Shown in pieces: positions 1-12,243 of a stretch of 64,000 nt of DNA. Position 1 is the first letter of the stretch, and each line of letters begins with the position of its first letter. The notes under the pieces were generated by a model. The model was not told the DNA's origin and did not search any database. It was given only the letters and a program-made list of their open reading frames with translations. Both the position numbers and the translations under genes were made by a program. The stretch comes from Octopus sinensis (taxonomy: Eukaryota): the NCBI RefSeq assembly GCF_006345805.1, contig NC_043025.1:8556001-8620000 (forward strand). Direction: 5' to 3'.

Positions 1-763
1 CTTGATCTGGCAGAGTTTCTACAGCTGGATCATTGCTTGGCATTATATAGGAATAGTTTTTGTCTGTGAGTACAATTAATGTAATATTTTAGAATTTATT
101 ATATCATGATCATGGTCATCATCATTATGCATGTGTGTGTGTGCACATGTTTAAAATTAAAATCTGAGGAGCATATGACAATTTGTATATATACTAGCAC
201 TATGACCCGGTGTTGCTGGGTCATAGTGCTAGTGCATGCACATACAGCTGCATGCGTGCGCACATACACGCGAGTACTGTCCAAATCTCCGACCAATCCC
301 ATACAGCTAGCTGGCATTCAATTGGCGTATCAAGTTTCGGGCATTTTGATTGGGTTTGGGATAGAAAATTCACAAAAAAGTCACTTCTATTGATTTTTTA
401 ATGGCTTTGCAGGGTGACTGGGGAAATGTAAAGATGTGCACGACCACCCTTGGACGGTTTTGAATATCCATAGAAAGTGCGAGCCCTCTAACTGAAAAAT
501 TGTGGATTTGTATAAAGGACACACACACACACATGCACACACAGACAGACATTTTGCTGTTTATATATATAGAGAGAGATATATGTGTATAGTGTATATA
601 TGTATGTGTGTGTATGTATGTGTGTGTGTGTATATGTATGTATGTATGTGTGTATGTAATGAAGTATCAACGTCAATCATTCTTTCATTTACACATGACT
701 GAATGCATGAATGACCTTGATACACACACACACACACACACATACTTACATAGATATACACAC

Positions 764-1150
764 AGGAGTGGCTGTGTGGTAAGTAGCTTGCTTACCAACC
801 ACATGGTTCCGGGTTCAGTCCCACTGCGTGGCATCTTGGGCAAGTGTCTTTTGCTATAGCCCCAGGCCGACCAATGCCTTGTGAGTGGATTTGGTAGAAG
901 GAAACTGAAAGAAGCCTGTCGTATATATGTATATTTATATGTGTGTGTATGTTTGTGTGTCTGTGTTTGTTTACCTAGCATTGCTTGACAACCGATGCTG
1001 GTGTGTTTACGTCCCCGTCACTTAGCGGTTCGGCAAAAAGAGACCGATAGAATAAGTACTGGGCTTACAAAGAATAAGTCCCGGGGTCGATTTGCTCGAC
1101 TAAAGGCAGTGCTCCAGCATGGCCGCAGTCAAATGACTGGAACAAGTAAA
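764..1150 (+). mobile_element. tRNA-derived SINE family A (internal microsatellite)
   Basis: A-box tggctgtgtggtaag, B-box ggttcagtccc, 3' end gcatggccgcagtcaaatgactg. Confidence 0.85.
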
Positions 1151-1336
1151 AATGAGAGTAAAGAGAAACACAACTATATATACACGTACAAACACAGAAA
1201 TATATATACACATTCAAACACATACATACGTATACACACATACAGCAGTATATAGCAAATATATGAGTCAGTGCCAGGAATAGATTTGAGAAGGGGGGTG
1301 GCGAAGGGAAGATGCACGGAAAAGAAAAGCACTCAC

Positions 1337-1462
1337 CGATTCACAGGTACTCGTTTGTGTATCAGTCGTTACCATGGTGAGGGGGAGTTTGAATTTCTGC
1401 GTCAAAGGTTCTTGCTTGTACATTGAAATCATTGCACACAGCTTCACTAGGGGCAACATTGC
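1337..1462 (-). CDS. C2CD3: C2CD3 exon (last identified in window), 126 nt, phase 0 to 0
   Basis: ctctttcctag| acceptor, |gtgagt donor. AMLPLVKLCAMISMYKQEPLTQKFKLPLT. The gene continues beyond the left edge. Confidence 0.92.
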
Positions 1463-1523
1463 CTAGGAAAGAGAGGGAGACAGAAATGGAAAGAAATATA
1501 CATATTTATTAAAGTGTAACTGA

Positions 1524-1584
<61 letters not shown>

Positions 1585-1673
1585 TAATCCAAACAAGAAA
1601 ACACAAAAAAAACACAGCAACGCAAGGACGTGGAACAAATATAGTATTATTGGATGCTCAGGAAAGAAGGAGG

Positions 1674-1708
1674 GTTTAACGTTTCGAGCGGAGCTCTTCG
1701 TCGGAAAC
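1674..1708 (-). ncRNA. Hammerhead-like motif, U4C core variant
   Basis: GUUU-CCGACGA-A-GAGC(UCC)GCUC-GAA-ACGU-U-AAAC. Confidence 0.55.
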
Positions 1709-2228
1709 AAAGGAGAAGGAAAGATCCAGAGAAGGGAAGACAGAGGAAAAAAAATTGCTGGCGGTGCACATATCCATTGCCAGTGGAGCGCTAAGAGTAC
1801 CATACGAGTGAGATCGTTGCCAGAGCAACAAGCTGGCCTTCGTGCCCATGGCACGTTAAACACACCATTCGAGCGTGATTGTTACCGCGTCGCCTTACTA
1901 GCACTTGTGCTGATGGCACGTGAAACATTCGAGCGAGGTCGTCGCCAGTGCCGCTGGACTGGCTCCTGTGCAGGTGGCACGTAAAAAGCACCATTTGGGC
2001 GTGGCCGTTGCCAGTACCACCACACTGGTCCTCGTCCCGGTGGCACGTAAAAGGCACCCACTACACTCTTGGAGTGGTTGGCATTAGGAAGGGCATCCAG
2101 CTGTAGAAACTCTGCCAGATCAGACTGGAGCCTGGTGCAGCCTTCTGGTTTGCCAGTCCTCAGTCAAATCGTCCAACCCATGCCAGCATGGAAAGTGGAC
2201 ATTAAATGATGATGATGATGATATATAT

Positions 2229-2274
<46 letters not shown>

Positions 2275-2363
2275 TAATCCAAACAAGAAAACACAAAAAA
2301 AACACAGCAACGCAAGGACGTGGAACAAATATAGTATTATTGGATGCTCAGGAAAGAAGGAGG

Positions 2364-2398
2364 GTTTAACGTTTCGAGCGGAGCTCTTCGTCGGAAAC
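2364..2398 (-). ncRNA. Hammerhead-like motif, U4C core variant (tandem copy)
   Basis: Identical to 1674-1708, offset 690 nt. Confidence 0.55.
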
Positions 2399-3000
2399 AA
2401 AGGAGAAGGAAAGATCCAGAGAAGGGAAGACAGAGGAAAAAAAATTGCTGGCGGTGCACATATCCATTGCCAGTGGAGCGCTAAGAGTACCATACGAGTG
2501 AGATCGTTGCCAGAGCAACAAGCTGGCCTTCGTGCCCATGGCACGTTAAACACACCATTCGAGCGTGATTGTTACCGCGTCGCCTTACTAGCACTTGTGC
2601 TGATGGCACGTGAAACATTCGAGCGAGGTCGTCGCCAGTGCCGCTGGACTGGCTCCTGTGCAGGTGGCACGTAAAAAGCACCATTTGGGCGTGGCCGTTG
2701 CCAGTACCACCACACTGGTCCTCGTCCCGGTGGCACGTAAAAGGCACCCACTACACTCTTGGAGTGGTTGGCATTAGGAAGGGCATCCAGCTGTAGAAAC
2801 TCTGCCAGATCAGACTGGAGCCTGGTGCAGCCTTCTGGTTTGCCAGTCCTCAGTCAAATCGTCCAACCCATGCCAGCATGGAAAGTGGACATTAAATGAT
2901 GATGATGATGATATATATATATATATATATATATTTGTAAAAAATGAAGTTCGAAAATGCTGCTGTATTATACAATTTTTAATTTTTATATATATACATT

Positions 3001-3040
3001 ATAACATGTTTCAGTTCCTGAAATGAACTTTATCAAAAAA
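3001..3040 (-). ncRNA. Hammerhead-like motif (U3-A8) beside the PLE GIY-YIG fragment
   Basis: UUGAUAA-AGUUC(AUUUCAG)GAACU-GAA-AC(AU)GU-U. 5-bp stem II; stem I is weak. Confidence 0.45.
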
Positions 3041-3369
3041 AGTTATATATAAAAAAAGACAGCTCATGCCGTCAAACACAAGAAATTCATTTATAATACA
3101 CAACGGAGTTAGACATCTTAGAGTTCATGTATAGTTGATATATAGTTCATGTATAGTTGATATATAGTTTGAAGTATATGTTCAAAGTGTTCGATGCAGT
3201 GGCCTACGGTGGCGATACGTATTCAATACAAAAAACAGATCAAAGTGGTGGAAAGCGGTCAATACAGAAGATTGATGTTTCCGAAAGAGCGAGGAATTCA
3301 TTTTTACCTTAAGCAAATGTGATGACCCATGGTGGATGTTCGCTGGGTGGTTCTAATGAGTTTTTGTGA

Positions 3370-3816
3370 AGTGTTCGGTTAACCCAAGCTACACTGCACT
3401 CAACATCAACCACAAAACCAGCAGTTAGAAAATGTGGAAGGCCCAACTGCGGAATCTGTGTCATCTTGAAAGAAGGATCAGAATTTATACTGGAACAAGG
3501 CCACCAGTTCACCATTAGAACAAACTTCACCTGCGCATCAGAAAACTTAATTTACGTCATAACATGCGCAGGCTGCAATAGGCAGTATATAGGCCATACA
3601 AAAAATAGCTTACGTAACAGGATGGCGGTGCATAAATCACAAATTAGAAACCCTGATTACCGCAAAATACCGGTCAACGGACACATAGATAGATGTGCTG
3701 GAAATGTAAATCCGAAATTTACAACTAACCCGCTCTATAAATTCAGTGACAACGCAACCTTCACACAACGCCAAAATAAAGAACTATATTTCATAAAAAA
3801 ATTTAGACCAAGTTAA
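3370..3816 (+). mobile_element. Penelope-like element fragment: GIY-YIG endonuclease with upstream Cys linker
   Basis: KCGRPNCGIC linker; NLIYVITCAGCNRQYIGHT (GIY-YIG-type); RMAVHK; ELYFIKKFRP. No reverse transcriptase present, so 5'-truncated. Confidence 0.9.
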
Positions 3817-3999
3817 ACACCCTGGGCCAGGAATACTAAAACAAAAGATAAGTCCTCCGAAAAGGAGAAGCAAAATTCCACCACGACCGCTACTTCAAAC
3901 AGACACTCACTCTGACGGAAATATACCTAAGTAAAAAAGGGAAAAAAATTCTTTCGTGCAAATCTGACCCTGATACATACGATACAGCTAAGGGTCAGA

Positions 4000-4452
4000 C
4001 CCGATTCTGATTGGTCAACAAGTTGATGACGTCTAGCTCAGCTAGAATGGACAGGATACAAATAGGGGACAGTCATTAGTCAGAATATTGATGACGTCCT
4101 TTTCTGCTTGAATAGTCACCTAACAAGTACAGACAGGGGGCAGATCTAATGTAGCTATAAGTCGTGATTGGGCAGAATCTGCATGACGTCCCGTTCTGCT
4201 TGACTAACGAAGCGACTGGTCAGGACAGAAACAAACAAGAGGCAGTTATAATGCAGCGATTGGTCAAAATAATGATGACGTCCCGTTCTACTTGACTAAC
4301 GAAGCGACTGGTCAAAACAGGAAAACAAACAAGAGGCAGTTATAATGCAGCGATTGGTCAAAATAATGATGACGTCCCGTTCTACTTGACTAAAGCCACC
4401 TAACGAAACGATTGGTCAAAACGTTGATGACGTCACGCTACGCTGAATTGAC
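4000..4452 (+). promoter_or_regulatory. Array of six ATTGG-N12-TGACGTC (CCAAT plus CRE/ATF-like) modules downstream of the PLE ORF
   Basis: TGACGTC at 4027, 4092, 4184, 4276, 4370 and 4428, each exactly 12 nt after ATTGG (one is ATTAG). Function is inferred only. Confidence 0.5.
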
Positions 4453-5635
4453 CACCTAACAGGCATTCGCCTGACTGGCCCTTGTGCTGGTGGCATGTAA
4501 AAGCACCCACTAAACTCTCAGAGTGGTTGGCATTAGGAAGGGCATCCAGCTGTAGAAACTCTGCCAGATCAGATTGGAGTCTGGTTCACCAGACCTCAGT
4601 CAAATCGTCCAACCCATGCTAGCATGGAAAGCAGACGTTAAATGATGATATTTACATAAAATGAAGCTAAAGCCTTTCTGGATGTGAAACCATTGGTCAC
4701 TCTATGACCAGGCATAGACTTAACTGCATATAAATACATTACTACTCTATGCTTTAAATTAAACATGGCTAACTCTCCCACAAACATCATCCACTTCCAC
4801 AAAGGTAAAGACTCCCTTCGGTCATGAATGACCATGAAATTGCACCTAGAAAGTTACCCTCCCAGGCACATGTCCGGGCAAGGTTGTTTATGGAAGACCA
4901 GCAGTCACCCCACTCTCCACACCACCAATGTTATCCAAGGAAAAAGCAAAGGGGCCAATACAGCTTGGCATCAGTGATGTCGCAACTCATTTCTACAGAT
5001 GAGTGAACTGGAGCAACGTGAAATAAAGTGTCTTGCTCAAGAACACAACACATAACCCAGTCCGGGAATAATATATATATATATATATACAGGTGAGGGG
5101 ACTCCAAAAGGGGTCTCAGGGAGTAGTGTCCCTGTTTTCCTGAGCTAGTTTCCAATCACATTTCTTAAAAATCTTGTAGAGGCCTTATTCTCAGGACCAC
5201 TCATGTCTAGAAACTGAGGTTGGTGGGTAAGCAAGGGTATGCTCCACGTAGAAAATCCAGCTCAAAAAAACCTCAGGGAGAATGGGCACCAGGCGGCCCA
5301 AAGGTTGGGGTGGGCTGCACCTGCCTACCTCAGTTGTTATGGCATTGAGGTAGATCTGGCCACCCCTATTAACGGGGACAAAACCCGGATTTAAAACACT
5401 GGATGAATATATTATATAAAGAATAAAAGGATAAAGACCCCCTTTGGCCACAAATGAATATGGGATTACACCTCAGAAGTTCCCCTCCGAGGCTCAAATC
5501 TGGGCAAGGTTGTTTATGGAAGACCAGCAGTCGCCCATGCATACCAGCCTCCCCTCTCCATGCTACTGATGTTATCCAAGGGAAAGGCAAAGGGGCCGAT
5601 ACAGCTTGGCACCAGGGATGTTGTAACTCATTTCT

Positions 5636-8186
5636 TATTTCTTCATTGCCCATAAGGGGCAAAACATAGAAGAGACAAACAAGGACAGACAAAGGGATTA
5701 AGTCGATTAGATCGACCCCAGTGCATAACTGTTACTTAATTTATTGACCCCGAAAGGATGAAAGGCAAAATCGACCTCTGCGGAATTTGAAGTCAGAACG
5801 TAAAAACAGACGAAATACCTATTTCGTTACTACCCACAATGGGCTAAACACAGAAAGGACAAACGGATTAAATCGATTACTGGTACTTATTTAATCGACC
5901 CTGAAAGGATGAAATGCAAAGTCGACCTCGGCGGAATTTGAACTCAGAACTTAATGGCAGATGAAATACCTATTTCTTTACTACTCACAAGAGGCCAAAC
6001 CGAGGATAAACAAGGACAGACAAATGGATTAAGTCGATTGTATCGACTCTAGTGTGTAACTGGTACTTAATTTATTGACCCCGAAAGGATGAAAGGCAAA
6101 ATCGACCTCTGCGGAATTTGAAGTCAGAACGTAAAAACAGACGAAATACCTATTTCGTTACTACCCACAAGGGGCTAAACACAGAAGGGACAAACAAGGA
6201 CAGACAAACGGATTAAATCGATTATATTGACCCCAGTGTGTAACTGGTACTTAATTTATTGACCCCGAAAGGATGAAAGGCAAAATCGACCTCTGCTGAA
6301 TTTGAAGTCAGAACGTAAAAACAGACGAAATACCTATTTCGTTACTACCCACAATGGGCTAAACACAGAAAGGACAAACAAGGACAGACAAACGGATTAA
6401 ATCGATTATATTGACCCCAGTGTGTAACTGGTACTTAATTTATTGACCCCGAAAGGATGAAAGGCAAAATCGACCTCTGCGGAATTTGAAGTCAGAACGT
6501 AAAAACAGACGAAATACCTATTTCGTTACTACCCACAATGGGCTAAACACAGAAAGGACAAACAAGGACAGACAAACGGATTAAATCGATTATATTGATC
6601 CCAGTGTGTAACTGGTACTTAATTTATTGACCCCGAAAGGATGAAAGGCAAAATCGACCTCTGCGGAATTTGAAGTCAGAACGTAAAAACAGACGAAATA
6701 CCTATTTCGTTACTACCCACAATGGGCTAAACACAGAAAGGACAAACAAGGACAGACAAACGGATTAATCGATTATATTGACCCCAGTGTGTACTGGTAC
6801 TTAATTTATTGACCCCGAAAGGATGAAAGGCAAAATCGACCTCTGCGGAATTTGAAGTCAGAACGTAAAACAGACGAAATACCTATTTCGTTACTACCCA
6901 CAATGGGCTAAACACAGAAAGACAAACAAGGACAGACAAACGGATTAAATCGATTATATTGACCCCAATGTGTAACTGGTACTTAATTTATTGACCCCGA
7001 AAGGATGAAAGGCAAAATCGACCTCTGCTGAATTTGAAGTCAGAACGTAAAAACAGACGAAATACCTATTTCGTTACTACCCACAATGGGCTAAACACAG
7101 AAAGGACAAACAAGGACAGACAAACGGATTAAATCGATTACTGGTACTTATTTAATCGACCCTGAAAGGATGAAATGCAAAGTCGACCTCGGCGGAATTT
7201 GAACTCAGAACTTAATGGCAGATGAAATACCTATTTCTTTACTACTCACAAGAGGCCAAACAGAGGATAAACAAGGACAGACAAACGGATTAAGTCGATT
7301 GTATCGACTCTAGTGTGTAACTGGTACTTAATTTATTGACCCCGAAAGGATGAAAGGCAAAATCGACCTCTGCGGAATTTGAAGTCAGAACGTAAAAACA
7401 GACGAAATACCTATTTCGTTACTACCCACCATGGGCTAAACACAGAAAGGACAAACAAGGACAGACAAACGGATTAAATCGATTATATTGACCCCAATGT
7501 GTAACTGGTACTTAATTTATTGACCCCGAAAGGATGAAAGGCAAAATCGACCTCTGCGGAATTTGAAGTCAGAACGTAAAAACAGACGAAATACCTATTT
7601 CGTTACTACCACCAATGGGCTAAACACAGAAGGACAAACAAGGACAGACAAACGGATTAAATCGATTATATTGACCCCAGTGTGTAACTGGTACTTAATT
7701 TATTGACCCCGAAAGGATGAAAGGCAAAATCGACCTCTGCGGAATTTGAAGTCAGAACGTAAAAACAGACGAAATACCTATTTCGTTACTACCCACAATG
7801 GGCTAAACACAGAAAGGACAAACAAGGACAGACAAACGGATTAAATCGATTATATTGACCCCAGTGTGTAACTGGTACTTAATTTATTGACCCCGAAAGG
7901 ATGAAAGGCAAAATCGACCTCTGCGGAATTTGAAGTCAGAACGTAAAAACAGACGAAATACCTATTTCGTTACTACCCACAATGGGCTAAACACAGAAAG
8001 GACAAACAAGGACAGACAAACGGATTAAATCGATTATATTGACCCCAGTGTGTAACTGGCACTTATTTAATCGACCCCGAAAGGATGAAAGGCAAAGTCG
8101 ACCTCGGCGGAATTTGAACTCAGAACGTAAAGACAGATGAAATACTGCTAAGCATTTTGCCCGGTGTGCTAACGATTCTGCCAGCT
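5636..8186 (-). repeat. tRNA-derived SINE multimer: one head plus about 14 tandem body units of about 183 bp
   Basis: The unit contains the B-box and the core gcctttcatcctttcggggtcga; the A-box head occurs only at about 8140-8186. Confidence 0.88.
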
Positions 8187-8498
8187 TGGTGCCTTCTGCA
8201 GCCAAACTCATTTCTGCAGACGAGTGAACTGGAGCAACATAAAATAAAGTATCTTGCTCAAGAACACAACACATAACTCAGTCCGAGAATCAGACTCCCT
8301 ACCTCATGACAGTGTGCCACTCACTCCACCACCCCATTACATTATCACCTCTTTGTCCATCATTTTTTTCCAGATTTGGTCATATCCCTTTCTCCTCCTC
8401 TCTCAGACAATTTCCTCCCCCAGCCCCTGCTCCTCAACAAAACCCAAACCCTCCACAACCTGGAACGACCTAGAAGAGGCGCGGAAGGGAAGGTTTAC

Positions 8499-8593
8499 CT
8501 TGGCAATGACTTGGTCTCCGATAACGGGATGATAGAAACGGCAGCAGACCTGGAACAGGATGTCGTTCACTTGGCCCTCGGAGTCAACACAAG
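8499..8593 (-). CDS. C2CD3: C2CD3 exon, 95 nt, phase 1 to 0
   Basis: ctctctcttcag| acceptor, aag|gtaaac donor. DILFQVCCRFYHPVIGDQVIAK matches the recalled [21 protein letters not shown]. Confidence 0.92.
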
Positions 8594-9549
8594 CTGAAGA
8601 GAGAGAGAGAAGAAAAAAGCAATGAAAGAATAAACGATGGAGAGAGAGGGGGGGTATGGGGAGGAGGTAGAGGGGATGATGGAGGGGAGGGGAGATAGAG
8701 AGAGAGGGTTAGAGAGAGAGGGCAGGTGAGAGAGAGGGAGGGAGGGAGAGAGACAAACAGACAGAGGGTATGGGGAGGGGTAGGTGAGGGGAGATAGTGA
8801 GAGGAGGTAGAGAGAGAGGGAAGGTGAGAGAGAGGGAGGGTGAGAGAGGGGAGGGTGAGAGAGAGAGGGGGGTGAGGAAGAGGCAGGGTGGTATGGGGAG
8901 GAGTAGAGGGGGAAGATGGAGGGAAGAGAAGGGGAGATAGAGAGAGGGGAGGGAGAGAGAGAGAGATCATAACATAGTTGTGTGGTAAGAAGTTTGCTCC
9001 CCATCCACATGGTTCCGGGTTCAGTCCCACTGCGTGGCATCTTGGGCAAGCGTCTTCTACTATAGTCTTGGGCCAACCAAAACCTTGTGAGTGGATTTCT
9101 TAGACAGAAACTGAAAGAAGCCTGCTGTGTGTGTGTGTGTGTATGTATGTGTATATCATCATCATCATCATTTAATGGTCATTTTCCATTCTGCCCTCAT
9201 TTCTGCCCATTCCAGCTTGACAGGAGCTGGCCAGCCAGGGAGATGTCCAGGGCCCCATGTCTGTTTTGGCATGGTTTCCATGGCTGGATGCCCTTCTTAA
9301 CACCAAATACTTTGAGGAATGTACTTAGTGCTTTCTGCCAGATCACATGAGAATCTCTTCTACTATAGGCAGAAAGCCTGAAATTTAGGGGTGAGGGTTA
9401 GTTGATTACACTGACCCCAGCTGGTACTTGTTGTACCAACCCCAAAATGATGAAAGGCAAACTCGACCTCGGTGGAATTTGAACCAAGAACGTGAAGACA
9501 GATAAAATACCACTACGATTCATTTGCCCAGTGTACTAATGAATCTGCC

Positions 9550-9732
9550 TTAATAATAATAATAATGATGATGATGATGCTGATAATAATAGTAATAATA
9601 ATAATAATGATGATGATGATGATAATAATAATGATAATAATAGTAATAATAATGATGATGATGATGATAATAATAGTAATAATAATATTAATGATAATAG
9701 TAACAATAATATTAATAATAATAATAATAATA

Positions 9733-9765
<33 letters not shown>

Positions 9766-9777
9766 GTAATAATAATG

Positions 9778-9812
<35 letters not shown>
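9550..9812. repeat. (TAA)n/(TGA)n compound microsatellite
   Basis: Directly visible; a similar tract lies at 10261-10372. Confidence 0.95.
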
Positions 9813-9814
<2 letters not shown>

Positions 9815-10260
9815 TCAACATGAGCATCTCCTGTGATCATAATATCTTGGCGAAGGAATTTGACAAGCTCAGAAAATATAAAGACCTGCTCATTGAAATT
9901 GAGAAAATGTGGCATCTCAAGGCGGTTACAATACCAGTGATCGTAGGAGCACTAGGAATGATCAAGAAGGGAACCGAAAATTATATGAGAATGATCCCTG
10001 GCTTACCATCCCTGCAAGAAGTGCAAAAGATTGTCTTAACTGGTACATCACACGTATTGAGAAGAGCATTGTTGATGTGAGAACTATTACAACCCATGTA
10101 TTTTAATTTAACTTTATTTCTATCAAAAAAAAAAAAAAAAATGAACGAACTAGTGAGTTTAGTTTAATGGCCTACCAATGTATACAATGAGTTTCTTTGC
10201 CCTAGGAGTCGGGAAGACACTCAGCAAGAAATAGAAGCAAATTTGAAAGAAGAAAAACCC
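9813..10260 (+). mobile_element. R4/Dong-like non-LTR retrotransposon 3' fragment (restriction-like endonuclease C-terminus)
   Basis: KLRKYKDLLIEIEKMWHLKAVTIPVIVGALG...VQKIVLTGTSHVLRRAL; flanked on both sides by (TAA)n-type repeats. Confidence 0.8.
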
Positions 10261-10848
10261 ATAAATAATAATAATGATGATGATGATAATAATAATAGTA
10301 ATAATAATATTAATAATGATAATAATAATAATAATAATAATAATATTAATAATGATAATAATAATAATAATATCTCTCCCTCCTTTCCCTCCCCTCCCCC
10401 CATCTTCACTAGATAACAATAGCACTCTTCTTTTAATTTCTACTCCATATCTTCAGGAGGAATTACCTCAATCCTTTCTATATTAACCAAAATGAAGTAA
10501 ATTGACAAATTTATTTTTTTAACCTGTTGAAGACACACAAGATGTCGAAATACCGTTCACTAGATGACAATGGCACTCTTCTTTTAATTTCGACTAATAA
10601 TAATAACAATAATCCGTTCTACTCAAGGCCTGAAATTTGTGGGAAGAGGACTAGTCGAACACACCGACCCCAGTGTTTCACTGGTATTTAATTTATTGAC
10701 ACCGGAAGGATAAAAGGCAAAGTCAACCCCAGCAGAATTTGAACTCAGAACATGAAGGTAGTTAAAATACAGGATCATGCAGGCAGACGGCAACACTTGT
10801 ATGAAATGTCAGTAACGGCATGCTAGCAATTCTGCCAGGTTGCCACCT

Positions 10849-10869
10849 TAATAATAATAATAATAATAA

Positions 10870-10900
<31 letters not shown>

Positions 10901-11042
10901 AAGAAGAAGAAGAAGAAGAGAAGAAGAAGAAGAAGAAGAAGAAGAGAAGAAGAAGAAGAAGAAGAAGAAGAAGAAGAAGAAGAAGAAGAAGAAGAAGAAG
11001 AACAACAACAACAACAACAACAACAGCAGCAGCAGCAGCAAC
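10849..11042. repeat. (TAA)(GAA)(CAA)(CAG) compound microsatellite
   Basis: Directly visible. Confidence 0.95.
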
Positions 11043-11400
11043 CTGGGAATTGAAACACAAAAGATGTAGCATCTGAAAGTGAGAACTGTTCCTGTTCCTA
11101 GGTATGATAAAAAGGAGATGTCAGAAACTTCTAGATAACATCCCAGGAGAACCATGTCTCAGAGAAATCCAAAAGATTGTGCTGGCAAGTACTGCGCACA
11201 TCCTTAGAAAAGCCCTATCAATTTAAATGTCTTTGTTGTATTACATGAAGATATTTTGCTATTGCCCCTATGACTTTCCCTCTCCAAGCTTTCAGTCGTA
11301 GTGTAACATCTCTTATCCTTCACTAGCCCTGGGACGTTGGGTGTGTCTCAACAAGTGATTGTAACCAACATGCAGATTAAAAGATGAAGGGAAGAGTGAC
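11043..11400 (+). mobile_element. R4/Dong-like 3' fragment, degenerate
   Basis: IPGEPCLREIQKIVLASTAHILRKALSI, with an upstream stop and frameshift. Confidence 0.7.
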
Positions 11401-12243
11401 TTCCTAGAAAAGTCCGAGGAAGGGAAGGAGGGGATGAAGGACTTCTTGGAAGAGTCTGAGGAGGGAGAGGAAGTAATTCCTGGAAAAGTCCAAGAAAGGG
11501 GAGGAGAGGAAGGTCTTCTTGGAAAAGTCCAGTGGGGGGGTGATGACTTCCTAGAAAAGTCCGAGGTAGGACTTCCTGGGAAAAGTCCAAGGAAGGTGAA
11601 GAGGGGCAGGAAGGACTTGCAAATTGAAATGCAAAAGAACGAAATAAATGGATTTATGAATGAAAGTGTGGTAATTGTGTTTATTTCCACTGTGTGACAC
11701 ATTATTGCAAATATGTTTTAACTAACCTTTACTATAACACAAACAAATACATTCATATATATGTATGTCTCGAGTTGTAGCTGTGGAGTACTCAGCCATT
11801 TGTGAGTTAATTTTATTCTCATGTGATAATGAAAAGTGAAACTGACAGCCAATATTTGCTGTGTCTATATTTCTACATCCGTTGCGATGTGATAAACATT
11901 TAAAAATACAAAACGAATTCCGTCATCATTCACAGTCTCTTTCACTTTCACTCTCTCTCTTTCATTTTTTCTTTCTCTCTTATGTCCTCTCTGAAACATT
12001 TAAAAGCACAAAACGAACGCCGTCACCACTGACGTCTCTTTCACTCTTTCTCTTTCACTCTCACACTCTCATTCCCTCCCTTTCCTACTCTCTCACACTC
12101 TCACTCCCTCCCTTTCCTACTCTCTCTTGCTTTGCCACTTCAAAGAGGTGTGACGCACACAACAGGTACATACAAAAACAAAAAGTTAGCATATTAATAT
12201 TATTGATAATAATAACAACATCAACAATAAACAAGGCACTCAC

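Larger units (their letters stand above)
1580..2911. repeat. 690-bp tandem duplication (PLE-like hammerhead segment plus RTE 3' UTR)
   Basis: The two copies appear identical and are separated by (TA)n; track ORFs 1791 and 2481 are identical. Confidence 0.85.

Noticed and set aside
380-491. Possible next C2CD3 exon after a tttttcag acceptor
   Set aside because: The phase-0 frame stops after about 34 codons, with no convincing donor and no recognisable similarity.
1790-2060. CRISPR-like repeat-spacer pattern (palindromic GTGCC-N3-GGCAC repeats)
   Set aside because: Eukaryotic intron, no cas genes, spacers are mutually homologous, and the array is part of an RTE LINE 3' UTR present in many copies.
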